This document shows, one piece after another, positions 1-12,400 of a stretch of DNA of 64,000 nt. The translations under genes were made by a program, and so were the position numbers. This DNA is from Euglena gracilis. Lineage: Eukaryota. Position 1 is the stretch's first letter, and every line of letters begins with the position of its first letter. A model generated the notes under the pieces. It searched no databases, had not been told where the DNA came from, and was given only the letters and a program-made list of their open reading frames with translations. The stretch covers positions 43,937,847-44,001,846 of the forward strand of contig CP154954.1 of NCBI GenBank assembly GCA_039621445.1, written 5' to 3'.

Positions 1-529
1 TTGAATTTGAGCTTTTTGGGGGTCCTGGGAAAGCGATTTGCACCCCCACCCCACCGAGGGATTCTGAACTGTGCCTGAAAGGTACCTCCCCCCATGTCAA
101 AATGGACCCCTTGCCCAACAAACAGTGGGTGTCCGGACCGTCAAGTCATTTGTTGACTTTTAAAACGATGCAAATGCCCATACAACCTGAACGTCCCCTG
201 TCCGGACCATGTCGACTGTCACCTTGGTATTCATTGGGCTTGGGGGGGGTACTGTTTCTGAAATCAACCCTTGGATTGTCCCTGTGGTCGGGAGGGTGGC
301 GGAACCAACGCTCCCAGCGGCGTTTTAAGGCCTCGGGGGAGTTGTTGAGCTAGGGCTAAAATTTTGGGCTGGCTATTTATTTGTGCTGGCCAGCTAGTCC
401 CCCCGGGGGGGGGGGATGAACACCTATTGGGCCAGGCTGGACACACTGGACACGCTGGACAATTGCCCAAAAAATGACCTGCAAAATGCAGCTTGGAAAT
501 CAATGAGCATCTGACGGCCCGGCCCACTT

Positions 530-700
530 CTCAGGGGGCCCGGGGCTGGCGCGGGGTCCCCCGCGGGGCCGGTCGCCGGGGCGGCCGCCGGGCCCAAGCG
601 CTTCGCCATCTTTGACGGCGCAACGTCGTTTGAGCCGCGGTTTGCCGCGGAGCCCGCCGCGTGCGGGCCACGGTGTGCCGCTGGGCCCTGCAGGGCCGAT
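530..700 (+). CDS. Putative exon of an unknown + strand gene (PKRFAIFDGATSFEPRFAAEPAACGPR)
   Basis: GC-rich, coding-like island. Its peptide motif recurs at 1460-1520 with mainly third-position differences. Boundaries not resolved. Confidence 0.45.
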
Positions 701-1369
701 CGATGGAGACGCCAACGCAAACAGCCAACCAACCTGCACCCGGTGCCGGTTGGGTGCGGTTCCCCTGGTCGGCATGTTTTTTTTTTCCCACATTCCAGTT
801 CCAGTTCCAGCTAATCAATCACAAGGAACTGGAAAAGGGGCGATTTCCAAGCGTGCACGTGGAATGTTTTTGTGGAATGTGAATGCGTGGCCTGTCCATT
901 TGCGCATCTCTGGACCCATAAGTTCATAACGCACTTTTTTATTTTGCACTCAGGATTTGTGGTAATATATAATGGCAATGCCTTTGGGCACAGATGTCAT
1001 GTGACCATGTGGTTCTATTTCATCTGGCAGTTTTTTTTCGCATCAAGGCATATTTGAAGAAAATATCAAATTTTTAGAAATTGAAATCGAGGAGATTGGA
1101 TGAGCAAAAGAAAAATAATTTGCAAACCTAAAAGCTGATATCGCCTTGAGAAATCATTCCAGAAAACCACAGGAATTCGCATTTTGTTTTCATCCAACTC
1201 AAATGTCTTTCTGCAGATGTTTCTGCCTCTGTTGCTTCGCACCAGCGAGGGTTCCCCAAGTGTTGAACCCTATCCACAAACGTGTACATCACACATGGCC
1301 CTCTCTGACACCTCCCATTTCAACCACAGGCACCCCGCCCCCCCCCCCCCCGCCCGTCCCATCCTCCAC

Positions 1370-1570
1370 AGGGGTCCGCCCCCCGGCCGGGCAGAGCCGT
1401 CGCCCACCGCCCCCCTCCCCCCACCCCCCGCCCCTCCCTCGCCCCCGGAGGCAGAGGGCCCGCGCCGGCTCTGTATCTTCGACGGGGCCACGTCGTTCCC
1501 CCCGCGGTTCGCCGGCGACCGCCCGCCACTGCCGCCCCCGCAGCGGTGCGCCCTGTGCTGCCGCTGGCCG
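1370..1570 (+). CDS. Putative exon of the same unknown gene (PRRLCIFDGATSFPPRFAGDRPP)
   Basis: Second copy of the IFDGATSFxPRFA motif, within ORF 1184..1858. Boundaries approximate. Confidence 0.45.
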
Positions 1571-2040
1571 GCTGGCCCATTTTCTTTGTGTCTCCCACCG
1601 AGAAGGTTGTTGCTGGGCTTTTTATCAGGAAGTTCGCACCCCCCCCCCCTGGAGGGTGGATGCAGGCAGGAGGGGTCGGGGGCTGCTGTAGCACACCCTT
1701 CCACCCCCAGCGCCAATGTGCTGGGGGCGCGAAAATGGCCCACAAGGATAATTTGTCTGGGTCGGCAGGCAGCCGAGCCCAAAACTGACCACTCTTGGGA
1801 CGGTTTGCCTGCTATGGACAGGCACCCCACGGCGCAAGGCACTCCCACCAGGGGTTGATAAAAAAAGAAGTCTGGACGTTGCACTTGGGCTGCCGCGGTG
1901 TAGGCCATGCACCCGTCTTGCCTCAGGGCATCATCTGCGGAAATGGCGCCGGCAGAACCATTGGCCAGGCCAGCCTCCGCCCCATCCCCAACAAGCAGGG
2001 CTGACCGGGAACCAGGAACCCGCCTGTGGTGTGGCGGTGG

Positions 2041-2431
2041 CAACCCCCCTCCCCCAAATAATTTTGCCCCCTGCAAAGTTAGGACCGATCTTTTTGGCCC
2101 CAACCCCCTGCAAATTTATTTGGGCAGTACCCAAAACCATTGATGGATTGATTCACCACGCTTCTTAAAAGAAATTTGTTTCACTAATATTTGTGATATT
2201 ATTTAATATTTATATTCATCTAATAATAGATTATTATGGCATTTCAGATGATTTTTTGTCCTTGCCACCTCCTGATTTCCCAAAAAAGATGCATCATTTT
2301 TCACGGTTTTTCCTTGAAAAGGGAGGGGGGCAAAGTTATTTGGACCGATCTTTTTAAGCTTTCCCCCCTGCAAAGTTCTTCAGGCACACAAAACTTTAGG
2401 ACACTGCAAAGTTATTTGGGAGGGAGGGTTG
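2041..2431. mobile_element. MITE-like element with terminal inverted repeats
   Basis: Ends caacccccctcccccaaataa ... ttatttgggagggagggttg are near-perfect inverted repeats. Internal repeated ccctgcaaagtt and ggaccgatcttttt motifs surround an AT-rich core. Confidence 0.6.
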
Positions 2432-4264
2432 TCTAATCCACACCTTCTGGGGGGGGGTCGACCCCCGACCAGGACTCCCTGGACAGCCCTGCTGACAAGG
2501 CAGGGCTCCGGCCCCTATGGGCGGCTGATGGGTGCGATGGCTTGGCTGCGGGGACACTCGGGTCCCCTGTAAGGTGGCTGTGCCTGCGCCTGTGCAGATT
2601 AGGATACCAGTAGCCCATCAGACAGGGGGGGAGGGAATATGCAGAGTGCATATTTTGCGCATATTTCGCACATTTAGTGCATATTTCACTTTTTTTGTCC
2701 AAGAATCGCATATTTGTGCATATTTCGCATATTTAGCGCATATTTCGAGGTTCTGCAGGAGTTTTCCGCAGTATAATTGCCCATTCCCGACTGCATGGTC
2801 AAGTTTGGGCCATCTGAATCTGTTTTGGGGCGTTTCCTCTCTTTTTGGGGCCATTTTTCGCTATTTTTGGTATAATAAAAAAAAGTATGAATTGGTGTGT
2901 GAATTTGATTCACAGGAAGGAGTGGTCTAATGGGCCGAATTTAGGGCAATTTTGGGGGCATTATCTGCCATAATTGGTGTGCATTTTCTACCGTTCTTTG
3001 TCATAAACTGATCCCAACTTGCCCCAAAAAAACCTGGTTTCCAGCCACATACCAACGCACTAGGGTATTGCGGCAGCAGCCCAGAGGTCCTCGTAGACAT
3101 TTGCCTGGTTCTTTCCAGGACCCACAGAGAGACCTCAGTGGCAACGTGAAGAAACCCCCGCCTGGAGGTGAGAGCTGCTGTCCGTCAGTTGACCATGCCC
3201 TTCACTCTCACCCACCACAAATGGTGTCTGTTCATTTGCCCGCTGTGCCTCTGCCAGCCGCTTCTTCCTATTATTTTTTCGGGGCAGCGGCTCGATGTGT
3301 GGCCACAGCTTGTCCATATTTGTCCAGATTGTGCACATGGCCCCTGCCGCTGTCTGCATGGTGTGTCATTTGTCCCCATATTCTTTGCTTCTCCTGATGA
3401 CCTCTGCCCACCCATCCATCCATCCACCCTCCGCTCTGCCGCCTTGACATGATGACGCAACATAAATTGAAGTTATTCCAGCAGTCATCTGAGAACACAA
3501 AAAAAAACAACAAAATCAGCACACATAAACGCACATATATGCACGCATTCATGGAAGCACTCTCATATGCACGCCTTATGCGCGCGCTGCACACACCCAC
3601 GCAACCCCACATGCATGCACAAAACTCACAACACACATTTGTGCCTGAGTGTGTTTGTTTATGTTACAGTCAGGAATCCCGTGTGGGGATATTCTTACCC
3701 AAGTTTCCTTGAACCATTTATGTGCACCATTGGCTGTTTGCTTTCTTGCGATTTCGTCATTGCAATCCCTTTACGAACCCTCTTAAGAACTTGAGCTAGG
3801 CAAGGCAGCAACATGCACCTTTTTTCAAGGGCCAGGGTCTTACCACCCATCCAGACCGGAGGACCCCCCCTTTCCGGGGAAGCCCACCATTGCCGCACTC
3901 CCTCGAGGAAAAACCCACAAGGGAGGGAGGGACAGACGCCTCGGGCTCCGCACTTTTCCCTTGTGAGGACATGCCTTGCTTGCCGATGGTGTTGCTTGGA
4001 TAGTTTTGCTGCGCTGGGAAAGGCGTTGCTGCTTAGTGCCTTTTCCGCCGGAGTTGGCTGATTCCAAAATTTTGACCTTCGACAACCCAGAAGGCAGGAG
4101 CAGAGCCTAGAACGAAGGCGACCATTCGGGCTCCGCCCTTCGGGATGGCGAGGTCCTGCTTTCCTTGCCGACCAGTCGGGCTCCGCACTGCGAGATGGTG
4201 AGGTCCTGCTTTCCTTGCCGGCTGTTCTGCTCTGGCGTGTTTGTGCGTGCGCTGGGGGTGCTTC

Positions 4265-5093
4265 TTACTGCTTTTTGTTACCGGAGTTTCGTGCTCCCTC
4301 GAGCAAAAACGACAAGGGAGGAAGGGACACCGAGGGCACAAAGACCTTGTGAGGCCATGCCTTGCTCGCCGGCGGTGTTGTCTGGATTGTTTGGGTGCGC
4401 CGGGTTAGGAGGTCCCGCTTAGTGCCGCCTCGCCGGGGTTGGCTGACGATGCTGCTCCGACTTGGCGACGTGACTTCTTGCCCCTGGGGGGTGTCCCCCC
4501 CTCTCCCCCCCTGGCCCCCACTCTCTGACCGAGGGCTTTTGAAGACAAATTTTCTTTTACGGGTGGGGGGGTCGGGCTCACAAGGTCTTTGTGCTTCGCC
4601 CTCGGTGTCCCTTCCTCCCTTGTCGTTTTTACTCGAGGGAGTACGAGACACCTCGGGCTCCGCACTTTGCCCTTGTGAGGCCAGATTGTGCACTGAAATT
4701 AGGGGGGCCAGGGCATGTTCCAGGGCACCTTGGGCACCAAGTCGTAGATAGTGGGCTGTAAAAGCCTCCACCCCCCTCCACTGGCCAATTTCGCAAACTT
4801 CTTGGGCAGAAAGGCCCAATTTTTTGAGTAAACCGACTCCTGCTCCTCTGGTGGAGTGGGCCACCCACACCTGGGGGGTCACCCCATGCTTGGCCAAAAA
4901 ATCTTTTGTGATGGAAGCAACAGTGTCTGCACTTATGGCCCTGAAGGGGGGTTTTAATGAAATCAGCAGGGGGCCCCCAGGTCTGACGAATAAACGTGTT
5001 GCAGAAACATAGCACATCATTAAATGAAATGGGCTTATTTGGGGACATTGGGGAATGGACACCACCCTTTCCCATTTTTGGAATTTTTGTCCT
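4265..5093 (-). pseudogene. Tyrosine recombinase, C-terminal part
   Basis: ORF 4265..5065 contains AHSTRGAG (HxxR) and GQW...FTAHY (catalytic Tyr). It joins in frame to 11481+ when the LTR element and one TSD copy are removed: IKRK-GQKFQKWEKVVSIPQCP. Confidence 0.88.
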
Positions 5094-5097
5094 GTAC

Positions 5098-5608
5098 TGT
5101 AAAGGGGTCCTAACCCAAAAATTGGCCAAAATTTGCCTCAGTGGGGCCGAAAGTCACTGAAATACCACTTTTTGGTTTTCAGTCGAATTTAACCTAGGGA
5201 AAAGATTATTATGGTTCGGCTTGAAAGCCTGAACTCAATTTTTGACCTTGCTGGGTCGATTCTTTGAAATTTTCAAGACCGGCCGACCTATTTTCCACAC
5301 TAGGATTTGCCAATTTTTCCTAATTAACCTAAGAAAGTCCCCACTCGAGCCCACCAATTTCAAACCAATCTCACACACAGGGTTCTTTACCCAACCAATG
5401 CACTGATACAAAACTACAAAAAAAATCAATTGATTGTGCATGCAAGAACAAGGATTTGAAGAAAAAATGGATTTCAATGATCAAGGGAAAAAGCCCAAAG
5501 ACAAAAATAAAAAGATTGAAAAGTTAGGCTTCGAAGCCCGGCGGCCGCCTCAAAAAACAGCCGAGGCCGAAGGATCCGTAAAAACTTCGAACCAAGAAAG
5601 GGTTTTCA
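5098..5608 (+). repeat. 5' LTR
   Basis: tgtaaagggg...ggttttca; direct repeat of 10969-11480. Confidence 0.9.
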
Positions 5609-5627
5609 TGGAGGTCCTACCCCGATT
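5609..5627 (+). promoter_or_regulatory. Primer-binding site, probably for tRNA-Gln
   Basis: TGGAGGTCCTACCCCGATT lies immediately after the LTR. Its reverse complement AATCGGGGTAGGACCTCCA resembles a eukaryotic tRNA-Gln 3' end with CCA. Confidence 0.65.
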
Positions 5628-7470
5628 CTCCGGCCAGAGCGAGGCGCGCCAGGCAGCTGAAGCAGAAGAAAGACAAGGAAGAAAGACAAAAAAGATTGAA
5701 GCTGAAGAAACAAGCACATCATTTACAGCTGCAGCTGGTGGAGGGGGGCCCTGCAATGGCCCCCCAGCGCGCGGTATTGAAGCAGGTGGACATCAGCAGG
5801 CGGACACATACAACACACGACCATGGTGTGCAAGCATACAACCCCCACCCCCAGCCCTAAGGCTTCTAAAGAACCCGAAGAATTGTAGGCATTCAAAGGT
5901 GTCATGTGGGGAAATTTTGTTGCCACATCGCATTCCATCTGCTGATTTTTCAGAAAGATCATTCTTGCCAAATTTACTTGTCGCATCACCAAAGATTTTT
6001 CAGAAAAGTGAATTCCCAGCAGATTTTCATGGGTTACCACAGGATTTTTAGACCCGAGAAGATTTTTCACAATCAACATGGCCAATTTCAGCACGAATTA
6101 CGATGAGGACCCAGAATTTTCTGGAATTTTCTCAAGACTCCCCACAGTTTTTGCCAAAGGCATGCATTTTCATCAATATTTTCAGCAAGATTTATTGTGG
6201 GGGGCAGGGTCCCATTTACAAAGTGGCACGTATTTTCCCCCACAAAAAAACCCAGGCGTTGTCTCACCCAAGGATCTTTCAGTTTTCAAGTGAAAAAAGT
6301 GAATTTTCCCTTTCCCCGTCACAGGAATTTCCTGTGACTTTGGCAGATTTTCAGCCAAAACGGTCGGAGATGGGTGATACCCTCCGTACGGGACGACTTT
6401 CCCTTGTGCTACAGATTTCTGCTGTGGTTTTCACATTTTTTCAGCGAATCTTGTCGGAGATGGGTGGAATCCTCCGTACTGGAATTTTTTTCCTTTTGCC
6501 CCAGGCTGGGAGTGGGCACGGATCAGGCTTTTTGGCTGGTGGAGGATAAACGGGAATTGTCCCCCTCACACAAATTTCAGCCCCCCCTGTGGAAATGGAG
6601 ATGGAGGGGGGAAACAAAGATCCTTGGAAAGAACGTGCAAGGAGGAGAGTGCACAAAATAATTCAATTTGAAGTGCTGGGCGAAGAATGTTTTCAATTTC
6701 CCTGTGCAAAGTTGGAAAAAACTGCAGCTCCCCCAGATTCAAAAATGGAAACCGCTTTGGTCAAAGTGATCAAAATTCAGCGGGATTCCAGCCCAATTTA
6801 ACTTTGGACAACAGCGCCAAAAGGCAAGAACTTTTTTGACGAGAAATTACCAGTTTTGGGTTAAGAAAACTCAAATGAAACGCCGTTTCAGGCAGTTTTG
6901 CTGAAAATTCAGGGATTTGTAGAAAATTCCACTTTGGTTATTGGGATTGAGCGAAGCTTTTCTCAATTAAGGGTCTCAGAATTTTCAAACGGACACGGGC
7001 CCAGTTTATTGCGGAAGGGGGTCAACGTGGACAGTTTTTTACCCCTGCCCAGATCACTGGCCGCAAATTTTGTTTTCACACCACGGGAAGGGAGACCCCC
7101 AACCCCGGCGTCGCTGTGGTGGCGGCGTCCGGGGGCCCACTCCCCCGCACCGCTGTGGTGGCGGTGCAGGGGGGCCCAGCAGCACCCAGCACAACGGCAG
7201 CAACCCCAAGCCCCAGCTATGGGTTGGGTTTTGGCTTTTTGGGTAGGAGAGAACTTTGACCACCCAAGCAGGCGGAGACCGATACCCTCTCAATCCCCTC
7301 TCGAGAGGTGAGTGGGTTGGTTTTCGAAAAATTTCAAAACATCCCCCCGTCGCTCCCTACTCGGGCAACCTAGGCCCAGAGGTAGGGGGAGCGGCGTTTT
7401 TGGGCAACAGTGCCGAAGTGGAGGTCTTGCCCAAAGGGGAGGAGCACCATAAGGTGGTCTCTACCCCCTG

Positions 7471-10052
7471 TTGGCAAAGCCACACTTTGCACGTTCCCAC
7501 TACCCAACCCACAACAGTTTTTACCCCCTCACTCTGTTTTTTGTTTCCCCCAGAATGGTGGATTTTCCTTCCGTAAGTTTGGAAGTAACAGCCTCACAAA
7601 CAATACCCCTTTTGAGTGCCCCCCAGCGAAGAGTGTTGGAAATTCCGGTTGAAACGCATGAAAAATTTCCAGCTGTGTGGGTCCCGGTGCAAATTTTGCT
7701 CACAGGGATGGTGGCAGGGGCAGGGATGATGGGGGAAGGCACCGTTTTTGGTTGCCAGATTTTAATTTTTGTTGGTACCCCATTTTGGGACATGGTGGAA
7801 AATGAGGCAAAAATCAACAGATTTTCAGGTCACAGGCCTGAATTTTCTTTTCGTTGGCAGATTTTTACAACGAAACTGTCCAGACTTTCAACAACGTTTT
7901 TTGGGGATCATTGGAAACATTTTGGGACAGAATTTTTGACGATTCGGAATTTTGCCAAATCTCATGCGGACACCTGTCATGTGCTAAGATGGGAACTTCC
8001 ACAGATTTTTCACAAAGAAAGGAGGAATGAAAACCAGAGCGAAGAAAAAATCACAACGGAGTTGGCTAGGGACAAAAACTGGCTTCTTTCACTCAATGGG
8101 TGGTCAATTGGACAAAAATTGCTGTTTTCCCCCAGCGATTTTAATTTCCCCCCCACTCAAATCATGGGAATGACACATGGATGTCTTGAACAAACGGAGG
8201 GGGGATGGAATTTAAAGGGCCAGGTGCCCCCACTGAAACGAGTCAACCCCCCGATTGGATGGGGGGGACCAAATTCATTCAGAAAACGCGAAACGAGAAA
8301 TTTTTCAGAATTTTGCCAGAAATCCTCAAGAAGGGGGGGCGTTGTCAAAAATTCTTCAGAGGTGAAAGAAGCACCGCTCCCAAACCCCAACTACACAACC
8401 TGTGTAATCAGAGCACCGTGTAAGTGTTGTGGTGAGGTTGGGAATAATGCCTCTAATTGTTGGGCAAAAATTCTGGATGCAAATCAAGCTCCCCCCGCAC
8501 TCAGTTTTGGGCCCCATGCCCATGGGGGGGAGGACGAGGCAAGGGGGGCGGGACGACCAAATTGTATAATTTTTATGACAAATGTTGGGAAACTGCCCAA
8601 GGAAAAAGTGGTGGCCAACGGTTCAGGGGCAGAACTTTTGTTCAAGTGCCCCCAGCGCAAAATTTGTTTCAGAAAATATTTGCGCCACAGTCAAACACTT
8701 TTGTGGACAAAGTCCAGCGATTTTTTGGGTCAAAAGTACCAAAGATTTTGATGCTTTTTATGGGAACAAAATCTGGAGGGGGGTGAACTTGACTTTTGCA
8801 TCCATTCCTAAAAAGAAATATGGTCAAGACCCCACCATGTGTGAAAGAAATTTGGAGTATGCCGATTCTCGCACAAAATGACACTTTCCAACGCCCAATT
8901 TTTACAACCACCCAGAATTTTCATTAAAATTCCCCGAAACGGCCTCATGAAGGACCGTGAATTTTTGAAAGGGCTGATTTTTTTGAATTTTGATTTTTGT
9001 CAATGTAGTCCCTTTGACTACAAAATGCCCACTCCTATATGGGGAATGGTGGAGGGCTTGCCAAACCGTTTGTGGCTGGGTTTTTGGTGCAAGTTCACCA
9101 TCCCCGGGCCCAAAAGACATTTTCACCGTTCTGGTGGAAACATTTTTGGTGGGACGCAACATAAAAAATACCGAGTCCCAGGTTTGGTCATTTTTCAGGT
9201 TGGCGGGAAGGAGGAAAGGCATATTCCAAAGGGGGAGTGTTTGGTGTTGGTCCCCCAGGGTACCCCCCCACGAATGACCCATGACGAAAGCGAATTTTGG
9301 ATTTGGATGAACCCCAGATTTTGGGAAACGGTGGTGGACAAGTGGACACTTTTCAGATGGAAAAGGAAGAGGGGAGGGTTGAAACGCATTTTGCACCCCC
9401 TCATTTTTCCCAAGTGGAAAAATGTGAATTATTTCAATTTTATTCCGCCCGTCTGGGGAAAGAGAAGAAAAAATGGGTTGAACGGTCGACCAATGAAAAT
9501 TTTGAGTCTGCCGATTTTACCCAAGGCAAAAAATCTGACGTTTTTATTGGGCAAGTGTGGGAGGTGGAACTTATTCATTCATTCGGGTTGTGTTGTGTGG
9601 AACAAAGGAATAACGTTGGAAGGAACAAAATGGGGATGAGCCCCACTCATTCGGAGGCGAGTGAGTGGGGGGCGTTCCAACGAAAAGTCGATGTGTTATA
9701 CCGACATAATTTCAGGGAATTTAAAGGTGTTATTTACGGAGAGGAGGTGGAGCCCAACCCCCACGTAAAGGACGGTGTGCAGAATTTTCAGAGAATTTTT
9801 GGAAAGAAACTTGCCCAGGCATGGAACATGGCCGACGATTTCGTCGGTGAGGCTCCCGTAGGTACCCCCCAAGAAATTCTGGTTTCGGAGGAACAATTTT
9901 TGGAATGGCAAGGAGGTGAGAATTTCACAGATTTGGATTTGCTTTATGAAAAGCAAAAGGTGGACAGATTTTCCAAGCGCATTTTTCCTCTAAGAGGTGG
10001 AAATTTGGGCCAAGATTTGAGAGACGGCCCGGGAGGGCACAGGTTGATGTGA
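7471..10052 (+). pseudogene. Heavily decayed pol remnants (RT/RNase H/integrase-like)
   Basis: Weak echoes only: STTFFGDHWKH (RT FS.T.EDH..H), PIGW..(N)FS (RNase H), NNVGRNKMGMSP (integrase NN....TG.SP). Multiple frameshifts. Confidence 0.4.
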
Positions 10053-10954
10053 CCCCCCCACAAAAACGGCCGTAAGTCACATTCCCGTTACGGTTGTGGG
10101 AAAAGTGATGAATTGTCATTGCGGGGAACCAATCCCGCGGTTTGCGGGGTTGTTTTCGTTGATTCTTATTTTTGGTGTTTGGTCGCGACAAGCAACAGAT
10201 CACAAAAATTCAACAATCCTCCCAATAAAAAAGCTGCAGCGTATCAAAAAAAGAGGGTAATTTGCTCCTTAAAAAGGGACTAAGCAAAACCCCCACAACA
10301 AAAAGGGATCCCAACCAACAAAATAGAAGTATTTTGATCCTCAAGAGAAAGAATCCCGGATGGAAAGCTAGCTTATCAAACCCCCAGATTTCTTGAATGA
10401 CGGTTGGTCAAGAAAAAAAACGGTTCGCAAGGGTTGGAAACGCGAAACCATGCCTCGGCCCCATTGTGGCTCGGCGTGCAACTTTCGTAGTTGCAACCCG
10501 ACCCGCCTTGGGTGCGCGCAAAGTGTCATTCTAAGCATGAGTGTTGTGTGGTGTGGGACAAAAACCGCATACCATATTGTGATTGTGAACACACGACTCA
10601 CGCATACGCGGTACCGTGGCAACCACCTCGAGTGGGAGGCGGCGGTTGCGGCGGCGGCGTACGCAGCTGAGTAGCGCCGCACCGTTGCCCACGCACCGTT
10701 GCCCCACCCCGATTTTCCGCACCAACCTGTTGCACCGTTGCACCATCTCCCCCACGGGGTGCGGTGTGGCCCGTTGGGCTGCCCCCCCCCCCACCATCAC
10801 TCGCATGGGGTAAGGCGTGGCGCTTTGGGCTGCCCCCCCCCCTCGTTGCTCTTACCAACCGCACACATACCCCTTTTTTTCGCAAACCAAATTGTTTCTT
10901 TTGTGCGGACCCCTTCTTTTTTACTTACGTTTTTTAAAATCTCCCCGATATTTC

Positions 10955-10968
10955 TAAGTGGGGGAGCG
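10955..10968 (+). promoter_or_regulatory. Polypurine tract
   Basis: taagtgggggagcg directly before the right LTR. Confidence 0.6.
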
Positions 10969-11480
10969 TGTAAAGGGGCCCTAACCCCAAAAATTGGCCA
11001 AAATTTGCCTGAGTGGGGCCGAAAGTCACTGAAATACCACTTTTTGGTTTTCAGTCGAATTTAACCCAGGGAAAAGATTATTATGGTTCGGCTTGAAAGC
11101 CTGAACTCAATTTTTGACCTTGCTGGGCCGATTCTTTGAAATTTTCAAGACCGGCCGACCAATTTTCCACAGTAGGATTTGCCAATTTTCCCTAATTAAC
11201 ACTAAGAAAGTCCCCACTCGACCCCATAAATTCAAACCAATCCACACACAGGGTTCTTTACCCAAACCAATGCACTGATACAAAACTACAAAAAAAATCA
11301 ATTGATTGTGCATGCAAGAACAATGATTTGAAGAATAAATGGATTTCAATGATCAAGGGAAAAAGCCCAAAGACAAAAAGAAAAAGATTGAAAAGTTAGG
11401 CTTCGAAGCCCGGCGGCCGCCTCAAAAAACAGCCGAGGCCGAAGGATTCGCAAAAACTTCGAACCAAGAAATGGTTTTCA
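10969..11480 (+). repeat. 3' LTR
   Basis: Direct repeat of 5098-5608, TG...CA. Confidence 0.9.
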
Positions 11481-12124
11481 TTACGCTTAATCTTGATGTA
11501 GGGTGCCCTACCCAACACACTGGTGGTTCGTTTGACTTGTGCCAAATCTGAGGATCGGTATAAACAGAGGATGCGTGAACGAAAAATCAGTTGTGTTCGC
11601 AATGTACAAATATCAGTGGGCATCAGTGCGCCTTTGCCAGCCCCAGGAGGATTGGGAGGGGATCCCAAAATGCCCCATACTTCTCCAAGTTTTTGGTTAC
11701 AAAGCCTCTTGTAGGGGGTTAACAGAGTGTGGAATCTCAGCCCACCAAACCCAGGAAGCAAAAGCATTGCACCATAGGCATTACGGGTTTGGGCCTTGGA
11801 AAATTGGAATAATTGTATTAAAGCGTCAGCCACTTGGCCAGTGGTGGATTCAGGGGGGGGCACCCCCATTTCTTCCAAAATTACCCACAGAAGTGCAAAA
11901 GCACTCTGATAACCCTTTAAACTGGGGTTTTTCCCCAGGAAATCTTCAATGGTTTTAAACTGAATTTGTTTCCCCTCCAAAATTTGCCTGAGCAAATCAT
12001 GCAAAGCAGGGGCCACCTGGGGGGTGGCATTTGTTCCCCCCTGCAATTGGTGAACATACCCCTGTAGGGGGTGATTTTCAGGCAGGGGGTCCCTGATACT
12101 TTCATTTTTATTAATTGGGGCCAC
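11481..12124 (-). pseudogene. Tyrosine recombinase, N-terminal part
   Basis: ORF 11396..12124 contains LCLYRSSDLA (first catalytic Arg). Cut at 11481 by the LTR insertion. Confidence 0.8.
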
Positions 12125-12400
12125 CGTGTGGCTGAATCCCAGTGGGGGGTGACCATCAAAACTTTGGTCTGGGGATACATTTTCAACCTGGTAAAATTTT
12201 TTGAATTATTGAACTGGGGGGTTTGCATAAAGATCCCCCATGTTGTCCAGTGGACATTGTAATGCATTTACCGCTGTAGATTCCCAATGGGGCCACCTGG
12301 CAACAAATTTGGGCAGTTTTTTGTTGCCTGGTGAGGCAAATAAATCTGTTTCCAGATTTATGAAATCTTTGAACTGCTGTCTGAGCCATTGAAAAAGTTG
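12110..12400 (-). pseudogene. Dam-like DNA N6-adenine methyltransferase domain of the DIRS pol
   Basis: DLFAS...NAL...LYANPP, then after a frameshift LMVTPHW...WPQL. This is the phage-Dam-type domain found after RNase H in DIRS/PAT elements. Confidence 0.75.

Larger units (their letters stand above)
5098..11480 (+). mobile_element. Degenerate Gypsy-like LTR retrotransposon nested in the YR gene
   Basis: ~511-bp direct repeats that start TG and end CA. PBS follows the left LTR and a purine tract precedes the right LTR. 4-bp TSD GTAC/TTAC. Internal pol only faintly recognisable, so the Gypsy assignment is tentative. Confidence 0.85.

Noticed and set aside
7471-8751. 426-aa ORF as a functional cellular gene
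   Set aside because: It lies inside the LTR element, has a composition dominated by homopolymer codons, and lacks intact catalytic motifs.
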